Part shown: piece after piece, positions 59,967-64,000 of the stretch
Layout: every line of letters starts with the position of its first letter
How positions within the stretch are numbered: position 1 is the first letter of the stretch
Translations under genes and position numbers: made by a program
DNA from: Psilocybe cubensis
Lineage: Eukaryota
NCBI GenBank assembly: GCA_017499595.2
Contig: CM039002.1
Location: 2,480,001-2,544,000 of the forward strand
Reading direction: 5' to 3'
Length of the DNA stretch: 64,000 nucleotides
Notes under the pieces: generated by a model
What the model was told of the DNA's origin: nothing
Databases searched by the model: none
The model's input: only the letters and a program-made list of their open reading frames with translations

Positions 59967-60830
59967 ATGCCCTCCGTGAATCTCATTACAGCTGTGCCAC
60001 ATTTTGTTACCCAGGAGGAGCACACTGCATTGGTTGCATCAACACCCAATTCTTTCAGCGACATTCCACCGGTGATCAAGCACAAGGAAGAAAATGTAAC
60101 CGTCACTTTGGACCCGCCTCTTGAAGGGTTTCCATCATCAGATGGGGTCCAGGGAACATTATACGTGCTAACAAGGTCGGTTTCACATACAAATGATAAA
60201 GATCGTTGTCTGATTTCTTGTTACAGCGTACTAGCATTCATGGGTGCCAATGGAACAGGTTTTTCGATCGAATACCCAGTGATAACCCTGCACGCCGTTT
60301 CTCGGGGCGAATCTGGACCATCGATATACTGCCAACTCGACGAGAGCTTCGGAACAGACAACGCAGAAGCCCCCGCTGACGACGACGCGGTGACAGACAT
60401 GCGCGAACTTACTATCGTCCCCCAAAATGCCCAGTCGCGTACGTCCTCGTGCTACATAACCCGCATCGCGTTATCTGATCTATCTAGTTGAGCCCATATT
60501 CGAATCGCTATCACTTTGCGCATCTTTGCACCCGGACCCCCAGGATGACGAAGATGACGGTTTGGACGATGCGTTTGTTGATCTGAATGGGTCCACGTTC
60601 GAGACCTTCAACGGAGATGAAAATGAGGAACTCAGCGAAGTTGGGAGGGTGCGCAGCGATTTCCTCAATGACAATCGATTTGCACCGTACTAGACAACAC
60701 TTTTTTTTGTTACGGCTTTCAGGCAGCGCTTGCACACCTCGAATCCATCATTTACGATCCACATAAGCTTCAACCGGGGGAAGAGGAGGAGGAGGTCGAC
60801 GCGAAGCAGTCAGACGAGAAAAAACCATGA
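59967..60830 (+). CDS. ICln/Lot5 (Voldacs domain) Sm-assembly chaperone
   Basis: GTLYV, GFSIEYPVITLHAVSR, PSIYCQLD, IFESLSLCASLHPDP, acidic tract, AALAHLESI. Confidence 0.9.
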
Positions 60831-61479
60831 TGTGACCAACAAATTAGATTTTTGTACGTCTCATACCGTATCATGCGACACCATTTTACCATGCGAACAG
60901 AGATAATGCAAATTCATGCATTTTACACGTACCAAACCATGAATCACGATCAGATCATGGTAATATTTTGCATTCATGTTTTTCATAAGGTTTCGCCACG
61001 AATATCCAAGTACGTACAAGGCATCCTGTGACAAAAATGCGCGAACCGTCCGGCAGACTGTCTTTCGGATTGAAAGGACTTGCGTGACATCAAAACGAGA
61101 GTAGGAACCTCAGTTTCAGGCTAAAGTTGATCACAGGTAGTGCCGTTTTTAATCGAAGTTGATTCGTCCAAAAAATAAATCCTGATGACTGCAACAATTC
61201 AGCGCTCAGCTCCTATGTTTGCAGTAGAAGACTGAGATTTGCGTTCGAAGAACCGTATCTAGTCGCAAATGATCCAATGCACTGCACTGGGGAGGTGAAA
61301 TATCATTTCACTCGAAGGTGCGATATCAGCAATGATGGATCACAAAATACCATATCCGATTTGCGATTCTACCAGGAGATCGGTGATGTTTGACAAGGGC
61401 GGCGCAGTGTGGCTGTCCGTTTGCACATTTAATACCAATTTATAAACTTTTTGTCCCATACATAGAAGTCTCAATTCTT

Positions 61480-61620
61480 AGCGAGGGAGGAGACAGCGAG
61501 GGAGGAGACAGCGAGGGAGAAGATAGCGAGGGAGGAGACAGCGAGGGAGGAGACAGCAAGGGAGAAGATAGCGAGGGAGGAGACAGCAAGGGAGAAGATA
61601 GCGAGGGAGGAGATAGCGAC
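61480..61620 (+). repeat. 15-bp purine-rich minisatellite, about 9.4 units
   Basis: AGC(G/A)AGGGAG(G/A)AGA(C/T) in tandem. Confidence 0.95.
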
Positions 61621-62033
61621 TAAGGAGGCGCATACGACAGTCAAGGAGGCGGGTACTACAACCAAGAGGGCCAGGGCTACAACCAATACAATGATTAAAC
61701 ATGGAGATCGAGAAAAAGGCGCGTGGGACTGGTATGGTATCATGCAGTGCAGTACAACATTGCCGGATATCCATTAAATTTTTCGCTTGTATATTTATGG
61801 TGTTTTTCCGTTTTTAAATCTCTGGTAGAAAGGAATTGTGTATCTGTAGACTGTAGTCCATTCAAATATTTATGCATTAGTAAATGTCCATTCCTCTATC
61901 GCTACTATCCGAAAAGCTCACCACTATCCTCCCTGATATTGGAGAGCGGAATCACAAAAGCCTCGTCAACTCTCATGGCTCTCATCACACTTCTCTGATA
62001 TAAATCTGCTCTGACTCCGAACTCGAATCGACA

Positions 62034-63391
62034 CTATCTATCGTCCATTTGCGAGGGACCATTCTCTTCATCTGCCCTCGTGGAATTACTATCTGATGCG
62101 TGCTGACCATGGAACCGAAGCGTTGATATACGAATCGATGCACCGGTGTCATAGTCAGGATCCGTAATCGCAATTCTCGCAACCAAAACAGTCGGCGCCA
62201 TCCCCTAAATTCCAACAAACCAAAAAAAAAAAACATCATTCAGCAAAACACAATAACCACCCAATGGCACACACTCAAGTGACAACTGAGAATACTAAGG
62301 AGGAGATGGAAGAGGAGGAGAGACAGAACGAGGACATACCCCAGTAACAGCAACAACCACCTCCAAATACATCGCCACATTCCGCATAGACGCACCCTCA
62401 CCCGCGCGCGCCGACGCCGCATTGCCAATCGCATACACCAAAATCACAAGCGAGTACACCGCCGCAGACTCGACCAGTACCGCCGCGATATGCCTCAGCC
62501 AGCCACCGCGCCTCGGGGCCATCGATTCCAACTTGACGCTTAGCCGCGCATGGGCGTGGTAGGCGCGGTGCAGCCTGTGTGCGATTAGAGACGTGGTGGT
62601 CACTGTTGTCGCGAAGGATGCGAAGTAGAGTGCGCCGCGGAGTTTGTTGGTGAGGGTGATGTTGGCGATGGTTCGGTTTGGTCCGGTTATTCCTGTTATG
62701 AGTACCCCGGCGATGAAGAGGCCTAGCAATGAAGGAGTTAAAGTTTTGAAGATGCTTCTAACTGCGACTCATAGAACTTACCAAGTTCGACGAAGAAAAA
62801 TGCCAACAAGACCAGCAATACCATTGTTGATGGCTTGTAAACTTGATAACACCTCCAAACCTACAACGAGTCAACAAATGAATGCCCTTTCATAGTCAAC
62901 TATAGTTCTCACCAGCAGCCCATCAGCCATAACAAACAGACCATAAAACAGCATATTGAGCAACACATAAGACCACATTGGCCCGCTTCCTATCACAGAC
63001 AAATAGGCGCTTTCCCGCGTTTCGCCTTGAGTCACAATTGAATGATGCAGAGAGGACCATTGGAGTACGGATATGCCCAGACACGATAGGTATAGACCTG
63101 AGATGACGAAGATGACCAGACGGCGGCTTTTACTACGGGCGCTTTTGGATACTTTATGGACTAGTTAACGCGCTAAATCAAGTATATGTTGAGGGCGCAA
63201 GAACCTACAGCATAGGTACATCGTTCCAGCGTACACCACAGTGTAGATACCTAATAACGGTCAACTATTCCTAAGAATCAAGACCAATGTATAACCAAAG
63301 TCTTACCCATCAGAAGCTGGAGCATCAAGCACGAGTTCAGTGCAGCACTAATCGCAGCAGACTCCCGCGAAGCACTGATACCAGACTGCAT
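62034..63391 (-). CDS. agaricomycete multi-pass (7TM-like) membrane protein
   Basis: LQLLM|GIYTVVYAGTMYL, MADGLL|VWRCY, TSLIAHRL, LVESAAVYSL, GMAPTVLVARI; several introns. Confidence 0.8.
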
Positions 63392-64000
63392 GGCTATTGC
63401 GGAATCCTAAAATTTGTCAGAGAACGAGGCGGGTGAATTAGTATTCCATTGCGCCCCTTTCCTAGAACACTGAAGTTTATACGGTGCCATGGATGACAGC
63501 ATGGAGTGCGTTGCTTCGATACCGCTGACCATGAATGCTGCGTCAGTGCCATACCAGCAATAGCACAATCCTGGCAAGTGAACAGTTGTTTCAAAGTAAT
63601 TGGCCATGATAATTAACATTATCCTTGTATCGGAGTGGACTGGCCGCACATCTCAGCATCGGTACATCAAAAATTGCACAGCATCATTGAGTTGTTAACT
63701 CTTGTTAACCGTAAACAAGCAGCCCTGATAATGTTTAGTATCATCATCAATGCAGTTGAATGGAATGATTGGCGCGCGTGGAAAATCTTCAGCCGAAGTG
63801 TTGCATGTCAATGGAGAAGTGACACATTGGGATCGTAGTTTGACGGTTAGACGCTGCGGGGTAGTAAAACATCACCGACATCCCTGTTCCCCTCCACTAT
63901 TGAAGTTTCAGGATCCAAACATTGGCTTCAGGGTAGCACTACTCCCTGAATGGCATACATTGAGCCCATTGGATGTTACGTTCATTTTTCTCTCCGCTTC

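Noticed and set aside
61480-61620. Repeat array considered as CRISPR-like
   Set aside because: Contiguous tandem units with no unique spacers, in a eukaryotic context with no cas genes.
63829-63885. tRNA-like start GGGATCGTAGTTTGACGGTTAGAC
   Set aside because: No T-loop (TTCGA) and no clean anticodon or acceptor stem.

Overview
Eukaryotic genomic DNA with short GT-AG introns (about 50-70 nt), almost certainly from an agaricomycete (mushroom-forming) fungus; the taxon is inferred from gene families and intron style. Conserved housekeeping genes (eIF6, NDUFAF7/MidA, FRA10AC1, crotonase, Shewanella-like phosphatase, Mgr3-like, Nudix CoA pyrophosphatase, Nup159, ICln, two SH3 paralogs) are interleaved with lineage-expanded accessory genes. 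These include seven F-box-like genes in two subfamilies, a HET-domain gene, DUF6533/7TM and DUF6593-like genes, a small thaumatin-like protein and a secreted AroQ/PchB-like enzyme. Two mobile elements are well resolved. The first is a 5,247-bp Ty3/Gypsy chromovirus (19949-25195) with identical 452-bp LTRs, a TGCAT target-site duplication (TSD), a Tf1-type self-priming site and no reverse transcriptase; no CpG was found in it by eye. The second is a 543-bp CACTA-like MITE (26701-27243). Other highlights are a precisely spliced 40-nt copy lying next to its intron-containing template (47858-47998) and an orphan membrane protein with autophagy-receptor-like architecture. All calls come from reading the sequence and recalling motifs; no database searches were run.
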